A DNA stretch of 64,000 nucleotides from Gnetum montanum (taxonomy: Eukaryota > Plantae > Gnetophyta), in NCBI GenBank assembly GCA_015680685.1, contig MNCI01001077.1, positions 377,627-441,626 of the forward strand. The letters are read 5' to 3'. Shown piece by piece: positions 26,001 through 40,215 of the stretch. A program made the translations under genes and the position numbers. Each line of letters starts with the position of its first letter. The stretch's first letter is position 1. The notes beneath the pieces were generated by a model. The model was not told where the DNA came from and made no database searches. It worked only from the letters and a program-made list of their open reading frames with translations.

Positions 26001-26760
26001 ACTTTGTCAACGGTGATGGCATGATACAAAGTCCACCCCTTATCTAGCCATCCAGATTCTCTACACTTGGTAAAGAATTTGGCATAATGAATAAGGTAGT
26101 GTTGGATTTCAAATCCTAGTTATCCTAGGACACCAGCATGCACATTATGAATGGAAGTAAATTCCTTTATGGATATTTCAGACATAGTTAACATGTCCTT
26201 ATCACCTTGCAGATCATTCACATTGATAAAAAGCCTATGCCAAAGAATATAGAAAATTCATTATACCTAATGCAAAATTAGCCAATAGTTAACACATCAT
26301 AATACCTTGAAAGGACTTACCCGCTAGCATAGTACACGAGGCCAGATGGGTTTTGAAAATAGGTTGTGAGATGATGAGCTATTGAACAACATTTAGTAGG
26401 CATGATAACAGTTAAACCTGGGCATCTCACAGATCTAAGATAAGCACCTCAAACCCTTGATGCTCTGTTCACGATCCCTTCTACCTATGACTTCGATTGA
26501 CCCATCCAATAGGAATGTTAAAATACTCTGTGATGATCCAACCAGCAGCGTTTCTAGGATGATATTGGCCATTTCAGCTAACAGATGTGACCAAATAATC
26601 ATGCTAAAATTATGCAACAAAAACTATAGAAACTCCCATGTGCCCTTCCAGAACCAAACCACCTCTCCCCCTACATAAGCATGGGGAGAAGGAACATTAG
26701 CCATGGGGACATTTAAGCAGCATAGAATGCCCACAATGTCCAAAATGATTAGGACAGGCC
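23010..26760 (-). pseudogene. Antisense accessory gene copy 3 (family B), exon 2 to last exon; exon 1 displaced to 41752-41870
   Basis: VLIILDIVGIL, VVWFWKGTWEFL*FLLHNFSMIIWSHL, FQNPSGLVY; LFINFFGVP, YPLFRARAFPK, WYNWSKNF; His/Glu/Pro-rich last exon; CTTAC (GTAAG donor) sites at 26316, 25951, 23295; ends approximate. Confidence 0.8.
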
Positions 26761-27216
26761 TTTGTGTGACACTTTACAATAAAATGCACTAACATTAGAA
26801 AAGAAGTTTAGACATACCAACAATGCTGCAACAAAAAAAAGAGCTCACAAGAATCTGCTAGCAACACTGAGGTTCTCATTACCTTGACTCCCAGAAAATC
26901 ATAGGTTACACTAGAAGTGCATTACCAAAACCACCTAAACCCTTGAGATGGTGCAAGGTCTATCTCTGACAATGGTGATAAAGGTAGCACCGCATATTTT
27001 CCTAGTGTAACAAACAACCATTACGGGCAAGGCAACGAAGCCCCATTTGCACTGCGAAAAGGTACAACACCTAGACTCTTGAGCAGTTACGTACTGTGTT
27101 TGTAGAATATTATCCAAGATCACCCAAACCCTTGTGACGATACAAGGTCTGTCTCTGACAATGGTGATAGGGGTAATATTACAAGCTCTAGTAGCTTAAC
27201 TAGTACAGGCAAGTAT

Positions 27217-28408
27217 TGTATCGTCCGAAATCATCGATCTACGGCTGGAAGGAAATAGAGGCTGTGGGATAACAGGATGCGCATAGAAGACCCTACCTTC
27301 ACTTGAGGGCGAGCCAGAATGAACGAAGGTAGAGTACCTTGGGTGGTCCGCACATGGATCAGACAAGGATTTTCCCAAACGTACACCAAAGTTCTATATG
27401 CTGGGTTATATGTAAATGGCGTAACAGGCGTAAATCAGAGCGTTAATAGTGTAATCGATGAAAACAGAGCGTAACGTAAATGAGGGAAAATAGAATAAAT
27501 GCAACAATTAATGCAAACTGTAAATGATTTTGGGAAGAAAATGTAACAATGAAATTATAGAATGAAAGCACAATGCACCGGTCTAATGCAGTTGTGACTG
27601 GAACACAAGGCGGATGAAAAGCCTTGGTGGATGCAAGGATGATTGTGGCTAGTTCACACTATAGGCACAGCGTAGAGGCTGTATGCTCAATGTACAGGGT
27701 TGTCCAGGGTAAAAGGTTTTGTGCTCTGGTTCGCAGCATCTCTACTCTCTGGTGTGCCCTGGGAATTTTTGCCAACCAACGTGGGTCTAGTGCAAAAATT
27801 GGGCTTTTATACAGTGTTTTGACGGTGGACTCGGGTTGGGAGACACATGGAGCATTGACCGGGTGCAAGAGCGTAAAATTTACAAGTGTACAATATGTTA
27901 CATTTGCTGGGCGTATACGTTGAGTGTATACACTATATCAGGTGAGTGTAGACTCTGGGCATATACGCTGGGCATATACACTGGAGGTGCTGGGCATATG
28001 CGAACTTGGACGTAGATGTCGTGGATGCTAGCGTACACGTTGATGGTTGCTGGCGTATACACTGATGGTTGCTAGCATGTACCAAGTCTTGTTCTGCAGT
28101 GTTGTCTCCATGCCATCTCTAGGGATTTTATTGTCGGGTGTATGCATCTGTTTTATGTTGCTGGGCGTACATGGAGGCGTGTACGCTGGACGTCTACACT
28201 GGGCATCTAAGCTGGGTGCATACGCTGTGAACTTGAGTGTAGACGCTGGGCGTATACGCTGAGAATGTACACTTGGGAATATACGCTGACACTGCATACT
28301 TAGTGAAAATTAAGCATCTGATCTCTGAAGTTGCCATGTGTGACACCAAATGTAACTGTGGTTGTCTGTGGGTTCCAAGGACCTGTTTGGTGTTGGACAA
28401 GTACTAAG
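27217..28408 (-). repeat. 3' LTR of element 2 (first ~22 bp and PPT missing)
   Basis: Aligns to 40471-41627; similarity stops at GTACTAAG (28408). Confidence 0.9.
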
Positions 28409-28899
28409 AAAATTTGTTTTGATCACGTACTCATGCTCAAGTGCTACATTGTGTCTTGCAACTGCTTGAAAGTGTTACAGTCCACAACAGTATGCTCGAA
28501 GTTTTGAGTGTACTGGGTGTATCAGACATGTGGCTGAGTAGAGTGTGTCAGTGAGTAGATAGAGAGTGTATCAGGAGATGGTGATGTACTAACGAATGGT
28601 TCGATTTAGTTTTACCATGTGTGCTGTGAACATTGTCCCATATTGCTGCTTGTGATGAAGTGCATTCTTGTGCGGAAACCTCTAGGTGTCATCCTGCAAA
28701 CATGACTCCAAGGAGACAAGAAAACCATGAGTGAATAAATGATCCTAGACTTACATAGCTATAGATGGAACAAAGATGCTGAAGGAGATTTCAGGCACTA
28801 TATACAAATGGTAGCAACATTGGTAGGATCATCTGATGGTGAGCGATGCAGTGATGAAGTTTGAATGTGCCGGCGGATTGAGGAACCAGAGATGAACTT

Positions 28900-29220
28900 A
28901 CCAGTTTATAGTCTTGGCGGACTATCATGGGTTAGTTTTATGTCGTAACCCATTGGACATTGCCCATTTAGCATCGTGGTGGATGTTGCATTGCCAGTTT
29001 CTAGTCTTAGCGAACCATAAAGAGGAAAACTAGTTTATAGTCTTAGCGGACTCTGACGAGTGTGACTGTGGCAGTTTACTGTCATGCTAGACGGGCACTA
29101 GTTTATCGTCATTGCAGACACAGTGTGATATCAGTTTATCGTCATGATGCTGGGACGAGCTGTGGTATCAGTTTTAAGTCATGATCTAGGACTATTCTAT
29201 GGTATCAATTTATAGTCGCA
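28900..29220. repeat. Motif array downstream of integrase (family A)
   Basis: ~10 units YAGTTTAT-x-GTC-x3-GCGGAC at 30-40 bp spacing with dissimilar spacers. Confidence 0.8.
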
Positions 29221-29252
29221 ATTCCAGGTCTCGCACGTACCTAAGCTTGTAC

Positions 29253-32200
29253 TCAAATGTAGAACAGTTTTAGGAACAGGTGGTTGGTTGGATTGGCAAG
29301 CTCATTTCCTTTCATATTAGCTAACTTGAATGCTCTATTGTCAAATGCTTTGGTGACCAAGTAAGGCCCTTCCCTATTGGTTGAGAATTTATCCGGGTGT
29401 TCCCGAACGGCCTTAAGTACAAGGTTGCCTTCTTTAATAGGGCGCTTATGGATGTCGTGTCGGTGTCGTTGCCATTGTTGTTTTTGATACCATTCGATCT
29501 AATCGAGTGCACATATAAGTTCCTTCTCCACCGAGTCTAGGTCAATGATGCGTAGATCATTATTTTGTCCTTCGTCGAGAAGTCCGGAAAGTGTGATCCT
29601 TAAAGATGGTACCCATAATTCCAAAGGTAAAACAACTTCTGAACCATAAAGAAGACTATATGGTGTTTTTCCTGTTGAAGTTCGATGTGTAGTACGGTAT
29701 GCCCACAATGCGTGTATCAATTGTTCGTGCCACTTTCTCTTGCTTTGGGTAAGCATCCTCTTAAGTATTGCAATAATCATTTTGTTCATTGCCTCTGCTT
29801 GCGCATTGCTCTGAGGATAGTAAGGGGATGAAAACGAGTGTTTGATCCCTAGACTTTCACAAAAGGTTTTGGTCTCAGCATTGCTAAATTGTGGCCCGTT
29901 GTCAGTGATGATTGTCATGGGAATGTCAAAGGGGGTTACAATGTTTTCAAGAATGAAATTGCATACATGTTTAGATGTAGTTTTTCGAAGGGGAGCAGCT
30001 TCTACCCACTTCATGAAATATTCGGTTGCGGTTATGATGAAACTATGCCCTGCGGAAGATGAGAGTGTTATTGGGCCAATGAGGTCCAATCCCCACTTTT
30101 GAAAGGGCCACATGATTTGTGTTTTATGCAACTCATTTGGTGGGACATGGATTAGATTGCTATGTTTTTGACAAGTGATACATGTTTTAGCCTTGGAGAG
30201 ACAGTCGTATTCCATGTGTGGCCAATAATAGCCTAAGCGTCTGATCTTTGTTGCCATGGCTTTTGGTGCTATATGTCCTCCAAATAGTCCATCATGTACT
30301 TGTTCGACGATGGTTTGGGCATTGGTACTACCAACGCATGTTAGAAATATGCCTTCATAAGATCTATGACATAATATGTCCCCTACCAGGGTATACTTCT
30401 TAGAACATTTTCATACTGCATCATTTTGTGCATTTGTTAGATGTCGTGATGTTTTTCCACGTAGAAGGTATTCTTTTATGTCATCATACCATTCTATCAC
30501 GCGTGTTGTACTAACAAATGCAATCGGCAGCATGTCAAGAGTATCGGTTATTGGTTCGGCACAACTGGTTATAGAGCTTGGTAATGCATGGAACGCGTCT
30601 GGTGATATGTTTAATGCTAATGTGGCTAACGCATCCACGATGGTGTTATCATTTCTAGAAACGTGTTGCACATTGATGTTTTCAAATCACCTCATTAGGT
30701 GTTTTCTAGGTCGCAGTATGGTTGTAAATGTTGGGCTTTGCATGTATAAACATCTGTGATTTGGTTTAAAACTAGTTGTGAGTCTCCTCTGTCCACAAGC
30801 CATGTGATGTCTAGAGTCAATGCTACCGCGAGACCTCTAAGGAGACCTTCGTACTTTGCTATGTTGTTGGTACAATGAAAGTTGAAATGATAAGCAAAGG
30901 GTCGGATTTCCTCGTAGGGATAGGTGATGACAGCGGCTGCACTTCCCCCTCAAGAGGTGGATGCTCCATCAAAGTTTAGAATGGCATCGTAGTGGTTGGG
31001 AACTATGTCTATTGCACTTATATTCTCATCGAGGAATTCTGGCTCTATTATCGCTTGATTGTGCATTGGTGACGTGGCCATTTGACTTGCTATGGCTTGA
31101 CCTTTAACTGATGATTGCGCTATGTAGTGCAGGTAAAATTTAGCTATCATGGCTTTCCAGTGGGCTATTCGACTTGTTTCATAAATGTTTCCTATGATGT
31201 CCCTAAGCACATTATCCTTGAAAATTATATTAACTTGGTTACGGAAGAGGTAATGTCGCCATTTTCTTAAAGAAAAGACCAAAGCTAAACAGGACCTCTC
31301 CACATCGTTATACTTTTTCTTGTGGGCAACTAATGCATGGCTTAAGTAATATACAGGGACTTAGGTTCCATCATCTTGTTTTTGGCAAAGCATAGATGCG
31401 ATTGACAAATCTAAAGTAGCGAGGTAGATGTAAAATAGTTTATCGTTTTGAGGTGGATAAACCGTGGGTAATCGGGAAAGGGCCATTTTAATGTTATCGA
31501 ATGCTTCTTGACACTACAGAGTCCATTCAAAATGGATGTTTTTGCATAACAGGTGGTTCATAGGTTTTAGTTTGTCTATCAGTTTTTCTACGAAGCGCCT
31601 GATAAATTGTAATCTACCTTGTAGACCTCGAAGTTCGGTAAGGTTGCTTGGTGGTTTTAGGCTTGCTATGGCCTTAACCTTATCAAGGTCTACTCGTATC
31701 CCTACTTCTGAGGCTATAAATCCAAGCATTTTTCTTGTCTTGATGTTGAAGACACATTTTTGTGGGTTGAGTCTCAATTCATACTTTAAACAATGTTTTA
31801 ATACTAGGTCAAGGTCTTGTATATGTTATTCTGATGTTTTTGACTTAACCACAATGTCGTCTACATAGTCGTTGAGCGAGTGTAACATGTAATCACTAAA
31901 GATGAATGTCATCGCTCTTTGATACATGGCCCTATAATTTTGAGGGTTTTAGGGCATCATTGTGTAACAAAAGGTTTCCCATGGTGTCATAAAGGTTATC
32001 CGAAGCTGATGTTCTAGGTTGATGCATATTTGATTGTATCCCGAGAAGCCGTCCATAAAAGATAATAGTGCGTGCCTAGTGGTCGAGTCAACAAGTTGAT
32101 CGATGTTGGGTAGAGGAAAATCATCTTTTATGGTTGCAACATTTAAATCCTAGAAGTCAATGCATAAGCAAACACTTCCGTTCTTCTTTGGAACAATGAC

Positions 32201-32851
32201 CATGTTGGATACCCACTCGGCGTAATCAACAACCCGGATGAAACCAGCCGGATAAAGTTTGGTGATCTCATTACGAACTGCCAATGCCACTTCAGGTTTA
32301 ACCTTTCATGCATTTTGTTTTACCGGTATTAATTTTGGATCAAGGATAATGTTGTGCTAGATAATTCGAGGCTCTAACCCAGGCATGTTTGTGTAAGACC
32401 AAGCGAATGCTTTCATATTTTCCCTAAGCACGTCTTCAATGTTTTTGGCTAGTTGTGGTTTTAGTAATGTGCTTAATTTTAGTATTTTAATTTCCCCATC
32501 GGGCATGGTTATTGGGGTTTCTTTCAACGGGTCTTTGGTGATATTTTTGGCTTCTATGTCAAGGGATTTTGTCATACTTTTATACTTGTCTATTGTTTGT
32601 TGTGTTGAGGCTATGACTGCATCGTCCGTTGATGAACATAAGTGGATGAGGTTTATGCTGATGTCCCTTGCAATTTTGTCGTATGGTCCATCGATAATTA
32701 ATGATTTGATTAAGTGCTGGAAATCCATCAGGCTTGCTCCTACCAATAAACAGAGAGCTGAATGAGCTAATGGGTATCGTTCTATGTTCTTTGGTAATTT
32801 TAGATTATGTGTACATGCATGATGATGGATTATCGTCACACCAGGACACAT
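29253..32851 (-). pseudogene. pol: RT - RH - aRH - INT of element 2 (degenerate)
   Basis: AFAWSYTNMPGL, FPLPNIDQLVD, MDGFSGYNQI, YVDDIVV, RLNPQKCVF, LNFDGASTS, CTNNIAKYEGL, WGLDLIGP, TDNGPQF. Confidence 0.93.
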
Positions 32852-33030
32852 GGCAGTTTAAGGCCATACCGGGTTGTGGGTGGTAGTTTAATGCCTTACC
32901 GGGCCAAATGTAAGCCGCAGGTGGCAGTTTAAGGCCTTACCAGGCTGTAATGGGTTCGTATGTGGCAGTTTAAGGCCGTACCAGGCTATAATGGCAATTT
33001 AAGGCCATATCGGGCTGTGGGTGGCAGTTC
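32850..33030. repeat. ~30-bp tandem motif array between RT start and accessory-gene promoter
   Basis: ~6 units TGGCAGTTTAAGGCCATACCGGGCTGT. Confidence 0.88.
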
Positions 33031-33239
33031 ACGTTGGAATGTTAGGTGTAAATGCCTGGAATGGGGTTCACAGGGGAACCGGAATGTAGTAATTTCTGTT
33101 TTATTTTAGATATATATATTTTTTTATCATTTTTTGGGCAAAATTCGGCGAAAAAATAAGTAAAAAGGCAAAAAGTGGCAAAAAAGTAGCAAACCGGGAG
33201 GCGGCGACATAAGCGACGGTGGCAGCGATGACGGAGTGC

Positions 33240-33247
33240 TATATAAA
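33240..33247 (+). promoter_or_regulatory. TATA box of antisense accessory gene (copy 2)
   Basis: TATATAAA followed by a G-run, positionally homologous to 488-494. Confidence 0.65.
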
Positions 33248-33520
33248 GGGGGGGGGAAGGCTTCATTTGTTACATTGCATTTCAAGGTGTAACATCTGAG
33301 TGAGCATATGTGTAAACTACGAAACTCAGCATAAGCATAAACCGAAACCCTAGCATAGACGCCGAGCGATGAAACCCCAACGTAGATGCCAAGCGATGAA
33401 ACCCCAGCGTAGACGCCAACGAGTAAACCCCAGCGTTGACACCAAGTGTAGAAGGTCAAGCATAGGCGTACAGAGTTTCAACCTTGAGCGTAAGCTGTCA
33501 ATCCCAGCATAGACGTCGAG

Positions 33521-36500
33521 ATGGGCAAAGGCAAGGAAGTGGAAGGGCAGGGGAGGAAGGGTTTGGACTTGACCATCGCAGAGGAGAGCGAAGCCATGCT
33601 GTAGTGCCTACCCAAGCCAAGGATTTTGTCATGGCCTGGGTCATCACACAGGTAGGCTCTGATCTTGCCTCCGTTAGTCATTTTTTCTTGTGCATGTTTC
33701 GTAGTGTAGACAGTCTCGTAGGGGGCTTCGGTGTATACGCCGAGCATAGAGAGTTAGTGTAGAGGGTTTTCGGCGTATACGCCTATCGTAGAGAGTTAGC
33801 GTAGAGGGTTTTCGACGTATACCTCGAGCATAGATTCACAGCATAACGTCTTGATAGCATAGACTATCAGCGTAATCCATTTTATCAGTGCACAGTGTAA
33901 ACACTTTCCTTGCAAGTAGTGTAGATGATTGCATTAGCGTAAACTACGGTGTAATAAGTTTCCTATGCACGAAGTTTTGTTTTATCAGCATAGGTTTCTA
34001 TTTTATCAGCGTAGACAATCTACGTTGTGATGGCGTATACGCTAAGGGTTTCTACAGTGTATACGCTGAGCATGAAGGGTTGATCCTTTCCAAGTGTGGT
34101 ACAGTGTAGACGTATTTTTCATGTTTTCAGCATAAACTATTTGTTCAGTGTCAAGCGTAGACCATTTACACTGGAGGCTCCTACAGTGTATACGTTGAGG
34201 GTTTCTAGCGCGTATACGCTGAGCATAAACAGTTCGGCTAGCGGCGTAAACAGTTCGTTGTCAATATAAATAGTTGACGGCATATACACTGGGTTAAGTA
34301 GCGTATACGCTGAGAGTAAACAATTAGCCATTTTTTCAGGTGTTGGTCTACGATGTGAACTTTTGATTTTCAGGTCATTTTAATGCATGGCTAATTTATT
34401 GTCACATCCTGATTGCTTGCAGGGATAGTAAGTGTTTTCTCCTTATTGTTGAGCTCATTGGGGTGCTAACATGGTTTGGCCCCATTCAGGCTGATGAGCC
34501 TACCCCGGATCTAACTGTAGACAACAATGGGGTCTAGTTTAGAGAAGGTGTGTGTGAATTCTTGGCCTTCATGCTAGACAACTTCGAAGTGGCAATCTGG
34601 TCATAGCTAAGTGAATTGGTGGCGCGAGGTGTGCTTGAGGCGATGTTGCCGAGAGCTGGGGAGGGTGTCATGGTCTTCATAGAAGACATTGATGAGGGGT
34701 CGTTTGTTAACAAGGATGGTTCTACCCATGGGCCCAGGTCTACACGCCCGTTAGCGCATGTGTGGGCACAGTTGCCACGAGGGTTGGACTACCTCAACAA
34801 CACTCTATTCATAGCTGCACGTGCGCTCATGCTGTTTTAGAATCCACCTGGCACCGTGTACCAGGTGGACAGGTAGGACCATTTAAGTTTATTGTTTCTC
34901 TTCGCCGTTTGGTATTTGCTTCTATTTTGACATCCATTTTTAAGGTTAACCTGGACGGGATGTGCGTTGAAGATGAAGGACTTGTCCTTGCTCGCACCTC
35001 TCTAGAGGCTTTTATGGTAGGTCCCACCCTTCGTGGAACTGTGTTAGGCCCAACGAAGGGTGCTATCGTTCATTTTCATAAATAGTTCTGTAGAGCATTT
35101 GCGATGTGAAAAGCTCGTGGATGGCTGCATGAAGACTGGTCAGACAATGGGGCAGTCTTCCTTCTTGACTCTTGCAGTAGATCCAAGTCCAGCACTAATG
35201 GTAAATGACAAAATTTCCTAGATGTGTTAACGTGTTTGTTTAACTACTGAGAGTTATATTGATATGACAATATCAAATTGCATTTGTAGTCGATGTACCT
35301 CCTAGTGGGGACCCTGTCACAACTGGGTGAACTGAGATAACCCTGTCAATGATGTTTGGGGAGGTGACTAAGGCTCAAAAGTGGTTGTGTAACCATGTCC
35401 CGTCATCTATTGTTCATTGCTTAGACAATGTCGGCCTTATGGAGCTGTTCACGACGCCAAGTCCTGATGTATCTATAGCAAAAATGATCGGGATCGTGGA
35501 TTCCTTTAATGATTCTGTCTCCTACTATAGCACCTGGATTAAGGGTGTTAAGGTAGTTTTCCATCTATCGCCTGAATTCTTTTCAGACTTATTTGGTGTA
35601 CCGGTAGATGGCATAAGTGTAGTTTTAGACAGGGCTCATAAAGAGCTCCAAACGGTGCGTGAATTGGAGGACTGGTTGGGTGTGGCCAAGGGTGCCAAGG
35701 GATTTCCGATGCAGGGGAAAGCAAAGGTTGAGGAGGTAAATGAACTGTATCCCCTATTTAGGTCACGAGTATTCCCCAAAACCCTTTCCTAGGTATGGAG
35801 TCTTGGGGTTGAGGCTATACGTGTCATGCGAACTATCCTGGAAACTAGTATGCGCTATAATTGGGCCCAATTTTTGTTGTCGAGCATGCACAAGGAGATA
35901 GTGTGATTACGCTCGAATGTTGAAGCGTAGTCCCACTTCACCTTTTCCTTCTTCGCTAGTTACCTTCATCTCTTTGCCAAGTTTCTGGTAGTCTGCACGA
36001 ACAACAAGTTTGTTCTACGAGATCGGGGCCAACTATCCCGCCCATGGATCAACCACTTGTTTGAAATAGCCAAGTCCCAAGATGCTCCTGAGGGCATTGA
36101 TGAGTCCATGTCTATTACGACCGGGGGATCATCGGATACCTTGATTCACACTAACGATAGTTTGGGATTAGAGCCAAATGATGTGCCTCTCACTGCAAGA
36201 AGAGCTGAGCAGGTTTTCAAAGAAACTGTTAAGCAGGTTTCTCAGAGCTGAAAAGACACGAATGCCCAACTGGGGAAGTTTCGAATGTGAGCAAGCCACG
36301 GGTGAAGCGTATACGATTCAAGATGCCTGGTAAGTAGACATAGCCCGCTTATTGCTTTATTATTTTCATTTTGCTCATAATTTTTTCTTCAATCGCTGAG
36401 ATGTCACTGATGTCTTTGGATTGATTTGAGAAGTGAGGAGGCAGGTGTTAGAAACTATTACTGAGGAGGAGGAGACCAACACAGGGTGGAATAATGAAGA

Positions 36501-38013
36501 GGAAAATGTGGAGAAGGATTAGGGAGGAGGAATAGAGGAGTTAAAGGAAAACACCATAGAAACTAAGCCGTTGGATGATCAGGGTGGTGTCGACCAAATG
36601 TTTAGCAGCTTTCTCAAGGAAAATCTGGACTTAGGGAATCCCCCAAAAGGTGACATGGAGCATGGTATGTTTTCTTTTTATTTTACTTTATATTGCTTCG
36701 TTAGTTGTCATTTGTATGATCTTTTATTTTCATGTTTTCATGTCTTCTAGACGAAGGCAGCGAAACTAGGACGGTGTGCTTAGACGTATTCATGAAGATG
36801 GTTCCCCCTGAGAGGACCGTGGAGGTTAGTTCATCCCACACCTGTGAGCCATTTACTTTGACAGAAATGCCAAGTAAGATGGATTTTGTGGCTGGAATTG
36901 CAGAAGAAGTTGTCGAATGGATTTAGGAGGTCCACCTTGAAATAGGTATAATGTTTTTAAATCGTTCGTCATTTTAGGATGCCACACCCTATTTCTGTTA
37001 TCTTAACGTTTGATCTTTTCGTATGCATAGGTGCCAAGTTGAGGTGCGATCCCTCTGAGATAGTCAGCATAGAGAGTTTACCGACACTATCCCCAGAAGT
37101 GGAGCAGGTGCCAAGACCTATTTATGATGAGGTGGCGGAAGGCCTAGTACACAACGCCAAGTCACTATGGACTTGTAGGCGTTCTGTTGAACAGTTGTGG
37201 TTGTAGATCCAGGCAAGAGAAAAGGAAGTCTTCGAGTTGTCGGTTGAATGTGACGATCTTAAGGGTCGATACGAGTTCGCCGCTACCAAACTAAGCGGTA
37301 ATTACTCTTGGTAAACGTCCGAGGTTACGTATACGAGATATTGGAATCTACTAAATCATCATGCATCGCTGACTTGGAGAATGGTAGTGTAAAGCCCAAA
37401 TTGATCTCCTGAACCTCAAATGTCAAGATTGAAAAGCCTTCAGTTCCAAGGTTTGCAAGTGGGGTCAGGATGAGAAGAATCACAAACATCACTACAAGAA
37501 GTCGTTAAAAGAAGTGTCCATTGAAAAGCGGTAACTAGAAATGTTTGTGGAGGGTTTGGGTTTACGCTCTGCCTTTGATACTTTTGCCAAAAACACAACT
37601 GTTGAGATGGAGTCACCTACAAGGGTGATTACAACTGCTATTGGGGAAGTGTCTGTTGGTGAGTTTCCTCTGAAATGTCCTATCTGGTCAGCTGTTGACA
37701 AGGGAAAGGCCTTGGCAGACGTTGACTTAGGCCTTGATGAGACAGATTGGACTAGTGTCTCAGAAGAGGAAATCCTTTGTCGGTTGGAATTTGGCTTAGG
37801 GGGATCTCCTATGGTAAGCATTTTGTCATTATGAAATTGATTTGCTAAATAACATTTGAAATTTTGGCCCTCTCTTGTTCTTATATTGGTTGTCTCATTT
37901 TGTATTTTCAAGATGAAGGTGGTGACGATGCCCAAGAAGTTGGCCCTAGTGGAGTGGGGGCCCCTAACGCCGGTGGATCTAAAGGGGATGATCCTCCCTT
38001 CCCAGATGCTTAG
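33521..38013 (+). pseudogene. Antisense accessory gene copy 2 (family A)
   Basis: Exon 1 33521-33651, exon 2 34423-34872, same donor/acceptor positions as copy 1; LIVELIGVLTWFGP...FREGVCEFLAFMLDNFEVAIWS; GVAKGAKGFPMQG...YPLFRSRVFPK; ends PDA*. Confidence 0.85.
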
Positions 38014-38484
38014 TTTTTAGTTTTTCCTTTGGAACTATGCTGACTCAAATTGACACGGGAATTGTAAATTGAAAATTTTGAGATGGACGGAAACAGTTGA
38101 CACTTATAATTGTACAGCATTGCATGTAAAAAAATTTTTTTGTTGATTTTGAGTTTGATTGCACACATGACACGACAATGTAAAATATTTTGGTTCATTA
38201 TATTTTTTATTTTTTGTTTTAAGTTTAATGTGCAGATGTAATTATAAATCATAATGATAAACGAAAGAGGAAAACAAAGTACAAGTGAGTGATCTCGGTT
38301 GTAAACAAGTAACATTTCGAGCCCCAATTGTAAACAAGTAATATTTCGAATAACGTGGGTGGGTTTCTCGGTTGACCGACCATTTTTTTATCGTGGCTAG
38401 TTTTATGTTGTTGCGGACATGATAGTTTAGCATCATTTCAGACATGTTGTAGTTTAGCGTCATTTCGGACGGGTTGAGATGGTA

Positions 38485-40215
38485 TTACTTCAATAGTTTT
38501 TTGATTTTTTTCTTTTTAATGTTAGGCGATGTGTCAATGGGTATGATTCTATATTCAGCGTCCCCTTTGCTGATTATGTTGAACGGTAATTCGGCCCAAG
38601 GGACGTCTGATGGAGTGGTTCTTGCGTCAATGTTTTCGTGTGTTTCAGTATTCGTTGTGAGTTCTGAGTTAGTTTCTAATTGAGGAAGTATCTATATAGT
38701 GTCAGGCGCAGGTGTTTCTATTTTTGGTTTGGATAAATTTTGTTTTGTGTTTAAAGGATTGACGCCTACCGGTTGTTGTTCGTTTACATTTTGTTGTTTA
38801 GGTTCTTCGAGCTTGACCTATGAGCCTTAGTCCGTGTCGATGTATGATGAAATGATGGGATTAGCAGCCTCCCCATAAATGATGATTTCACCACCTTCAT
38901 AAGGTAGGTGAATCTCCTGGTATATAGGGGATGAAACCACTTTCAATTAGGCTAACCAGGGTCTTCCTAATATTAGGTTGAATCCTGGCATTTCATCGAC
39001 CACTACAAAGTCGACAGACATGGGAAATTGGTCTTCTGCTATGAAGTCTAAGGTTACTATGCCTTTGACCATCACGCGTGACCTGCTGAATGATTTTAAA
39101 CATGTAGTTGTGGTTGGTTTGATTAACTCCGTCAACCCTAGTTGTTCAACGATGGGGTATGGTACTACGTTTGTGGCAGCCCTATCATCTACATGGACCC
39201 TATGTATTTTGAACTGATTTATGCATATCATTATGAACATGGGGGCTATTGTTATCTTCCCTATTTTCTTGTCCACCTTGATGTTATCATTGTGGAAGCT
39301 TAGCGGTTTGGGAATTGCCCCGTGGGGTGAGTACATTACCGCATGAATGGAGGGTTCATTTGGAGGCAAGTCCTTGCTTACTAGGATCGACGTTAGCATT
39401 AGTACCAAAGCTTCATGATGTGTTTGGGATGTTAGAAATAAGTCATACAAGCTTAACAAAGTTTTCTTTTCTTTGAGTGCTTGTGTGACCTATGTTAAAG
39501 TCATTGCCAAATATCTACTATTGGATGTGTTTGCATCAGCAGTGACTGGGTCCATTGGCCCCAACAGTTTTATTTCATGCTTCATTGGTCTGTCGTTTTT
39601 TCTTGGAGCCATTGTTTTAGAGGTATCAGTGTTTTTTGATGGTTCACCCTCGTTACCTATGTTTTGTTGACTATTAGGTGGTGTCATGGGTACGGCGTTA
39701 AGTGGGGTGGGTTTAAGTGGCCCTACAGCTAACCGTTGATGCTCCTTCTCCAAGCGTTCACGCGTAAGCTTATCCACTAAGCGTTCTCTTGTGTGGCGTG
39801 GAGGTGGAGCTGGTCTTGGAGCTTTGGGTTACCTTGGGATTCATACCACATATGGAGCCAGGTGAGGTTGTAGTTAGATAGTTAGATGTGGTTGGGAAGA
39901 AGTTTGGTTGGACACCGTCACCCTAGGACACTGCGTATGTGAGGTGGAGGCTTGGTAAACATTAGGACTTGCAAATGTCCTAACAACGTATGGGGTTTGT
40001 CTAGGCTAAGGGTGGACCTCCATTATTGCAACTATTGGTGGCACTTGGACTATGAAAGGGGCAAGTCGAGTAGGAGGGGTTAATAGATTTGGGGTAATGA
40101 CAGTGGGAGGTACGTGCACTACATACGATTTTTGTGAGGTGGATGATGGTTGAGGCATGGATGCAGATGGAGTGGGAGGAACATGGTCTACAACATAAAT
40201 GTGGGATGTAAACAA
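38485..40215 (-). pseudogene. Protease and Pro-rich gag-PR spacer of element 2 (gag core deleted)
   Basis: VHVDDRAATNVVP...FNLILGRPWLA; collinear with 5549-7340, then jumps directly to the 5' UTR. Confidence 0.88.
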
